The translations under genes were made by a program, and so were the position numbers. A stretch of DNA of 64,000 bases. Source: Ramazzottius varieornatus. Its lineage: Eukaryota > Animalia > Tardigrada. Under the pieces are notes generated by a model. It saw only the letters and a list, made by a program, of their open reading frames with translations. It did no database searches and had not been told where the DNA came from. Of the stretch, positions 61,336-64,000 are shown one piece after another (the stretch's first letter is position 1; every line of letters starts with the position of its first letter). The DNA lies in contig BDGG01000013.1 of NCBI GenBank assembly GCA_001949185.1, positions 941,226 through 1,005,225 of the forward strand. The letters run 5' to 3'.

Positions 61336-63625
61336 ATGGACAAGATCTACCTTCTATATGTTGTACTGCTTACTGCGTTTGTATATCGAGTGAAAGCAGC
61401 TGCTCATAGAACGCCATGTCCGGAACGGACATGTCTTCATGAGGACCCATGCGAGCCAACCCCAACGCTGCCACACACCTCTTACAAGGTTGACATCGAG
61501 CTAGCTCACCTGAATCATTCCTACAGGACAAATCATCCAGTGATCTACGCAACGTTCAATACGTAGGTGTTACTCACGCCGACCTTTCTATCAAACCGGG
61601 CACTACACCGGTCCTATTTGCAGAAGTGGCGGCCAGAACGCTCAACCGACATACGCGAAACTAATTAGACTTATAATGTCTTTCAGGAAACCAGATCCCA
61701 ATCCTAACTATGCGTTGGACGAACATAAATATCGTCGACCTACAGATGACGACAACGCGCTACGTTTGCAAAAGGGTCGAAGAATTGGTCTCATGTTCGA
61801 AATTGGCAGAAGAAAGCCCCTCAACTTCTGTGTATCGGACATCGAGCCGGATCAGGTAACTAAACTACTGCCCGTAGTCCGCCGTACAGCGCTCAGTCTA
61901 GTTCGACTCGAAACTTGAAGGCCAACAAGGCCATGGGACTATAGGGACTAGTCGGGTAAAACGAAGTCAAGTTAATTTCCTGAGTGAACTTCTTTCAGGG
62001 GAATTGTGTCTTGAGAAATCTTGATGTTTGTCCCATCAAGATCGTTTTCTGAGAGTGAGGTGTGAGATTTAGGGAAGTGAACACGGGAGGAGAGTCGAAG
62101 GGGAAGACGGAGGAGGGTGTGAGCTGGACGAACAACTGCTGGACGAACATCGAGTACATGGGCAACCGAAGGGGCAATATTCCTTCAAGAAAGTTTGGCC
62201 CGTGATCTTCTACGGAACTAACCAAGCGGAAGAATCGATCTTCAGGGGGTAGACGATCAGCTGGTAGCGACTGTTAACAGGCTTACCGAAGGGTGTACCG
62301 ATTCAAGATGGCCGAACAGATAGCTGAGCTCAGAAGGACTGCGGCGGCGAAGAAACCTGACGATGAGGTTCGAGCAGCGGTGGCTCAAGCAATCGTAACT
62401 CTTTCTAGCAGTCAGAAATTCTACTGTCTGACGGTTCTGGATGGTCAGGCCGAACCAATTAGCACATTGAAATGCCGTAACGGATGGACTCGGCTCCCAG
62501 GCCGAGGTCATATTTGGAATATTTGACTGCTAGAAAGAATTGATTTTGCTTGGGTCACCGCTGGGTTCGAGTGGCATATGCTTCGCGTGTGCTGGATGTG
62601 CCGGAACATCGTGAAGCTTCCGAGCATCCGACGTAAGCAGCGGTATCGAGTGGGACAATGACAAGAACGGAACTGAGAACATTGGTGCCGGAGCTCGAGC
62701 AATTCTCCAGCGGTTATTAAGCGTTAAAAATGGCGGACAATCAAGGTCAACAGTCGCAGAATGGTCCAAGCCTAAACCCCGTCGACGGAAAACCGTTCGA
62801 GCTCTACCCGCGTGTTCGACGGACGCTTCGAATTGCTAAAGACGACCCACAAGCCGAGGATTTACTTCTTGGCCAGAGGGATCGGACGTTCCGGAAGGCA
62901 AGCCTTCTCTTATTGCAAAGGAGACTTTCGTGGAAATCTGTGTGCAAGATTTGAAGGCTCAGTAGGAGGCAACACCAAGATCGTTTCCTTTTAAAATCGG
63001 CCTCCTAATGTGATTGTTGGGCCTTGGGGTTTCGACGCAAGAACACGTTAGACGGACGCCATTTATGCTTGTTGACGTCACTGTTGTTTGCTGAATCCAG
63101 CTCATCTAAAATTTTGTCCTCCCTTCAGTACACCGGCTGCACCGTTACTGTTCTTCGCCATCTTTCTTGCAAGTGTCGCTGACTTTAGCAAACACTTTGT
63201 GCGGGTATCAAGCGACGTCACAGTAAGCCCATGAAGTAAACCAAGAAAGTGCCCTGGTAGGGGGCAGCACAGCCTGACGCACAGACCTTCCGAAGATGTC
63301 CGAATCATTTGCTGTATTTTTTCCAGTTCAAAAAATGGCCCGCGAGTTATCAAGGTTATCATTGTAGGCAATACGCTTGAAGGTACAAGTACTGGAGCAC
63401 GACTTGCGAACACAAGATGGCACGGCAGGATATCTAGAGCTGGATTGTCCATTACCACAGTTTGTGTTGCGAAATGGTGTGGTTGGTCTCAGAGATGAGT
63501 GCAATGATATGTTCAGCTGGAAGGAATTCAGTTGCTCTACCGGCGTCGATGCTCTCCATCGCGCCACACTGTTCTTTTCGTCCCGGATAAGCCGCAACGA
63601 TCCGGCCATCTGCGCTATTCGATAA
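61336..63625 (+). CDS. Divergent AMNP/g12777-family paralog D lacking the CD-x4-CD loop (exons 61336-61562, 61687-61855, 63368-63625)
   Basis: Signal peptide MDKIYLLYVVLLTAFVYRVKA; YKVDIELAHLNHSYRTNHPVIYATFNT|...LNFC|AIRLKVQVLEHDLR...LDC...C...LFFSSRI...C; the same phase-2 and phase-0 intron positions as A-C; open frame throughout. Confidence 0.72.
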
Positions 63626-64000
63626 TATTTGCAAGTTCTGACAGAGGTGTCCACACTGTCACCTTCGCCAGATTTACTGCGTACTGCCTTAGCGAAAAGG
63701 CCTGGTCCATAATTTTTACTGGCCTATACTTTCTTATCGTGCGTGTACTGTAGTAAAAAATGGGCTGCTGGATTTTATTAATCGGTCAGGCCGAACTATG
63801 GCGCTATGTTTTGACAGGACTAGTCAAGACGACTCGAAACAAGGTTTTGGTGACGCTGAAGATAGGGTTCGACATGCGTATGTCGAGTTCATTGCCTTCA
63901 TGTTTTCTCGAACACATGCAAACAAGCGGCGACCCCATCTGATATCCGTGGGGCACTGTAGCTACTGTGCATGGTTTCATCACGACCGGTACTGTATTCA

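Overview
Eukaryotic, intron-rich genomic DNA with short GT-AG introns, so most entries in the ORF track are exon fragments or antisense shadows. Gene content points to a eutardigrade (inference): an AMNP/g12777-type secreted C2-fold gene array, orphan GPCRs and an ANF-receptor ectodomain gene. From 5' to 3': three GST-zeta copies (one partial, one pseudogene, one intact) around a minus-strand SLC12/NKCC-type cotransporter; a stack of DNA-transposon MITEs and a LINE remnant; a matrix metalloproteinase; a CAP + 2x chitin-binding pseudogene; a decayed hAT transposase; an ANF-receptor-like ectodomain gene; Tc1/mariner and pogo-like elements; at least five decayed GPCRs; and four tandem AMNP-like genes with an intronless FSIP1-like gene inside the array. 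The two most unusual observations are an intact fourth AMNP-like paralog missing the metal-binding CD-x4-CD loop, and an otherwise intact MMP missing all four structural-zinc ligands. Gene models were assembled by hand from splice signals and reading frame; no database search was run.
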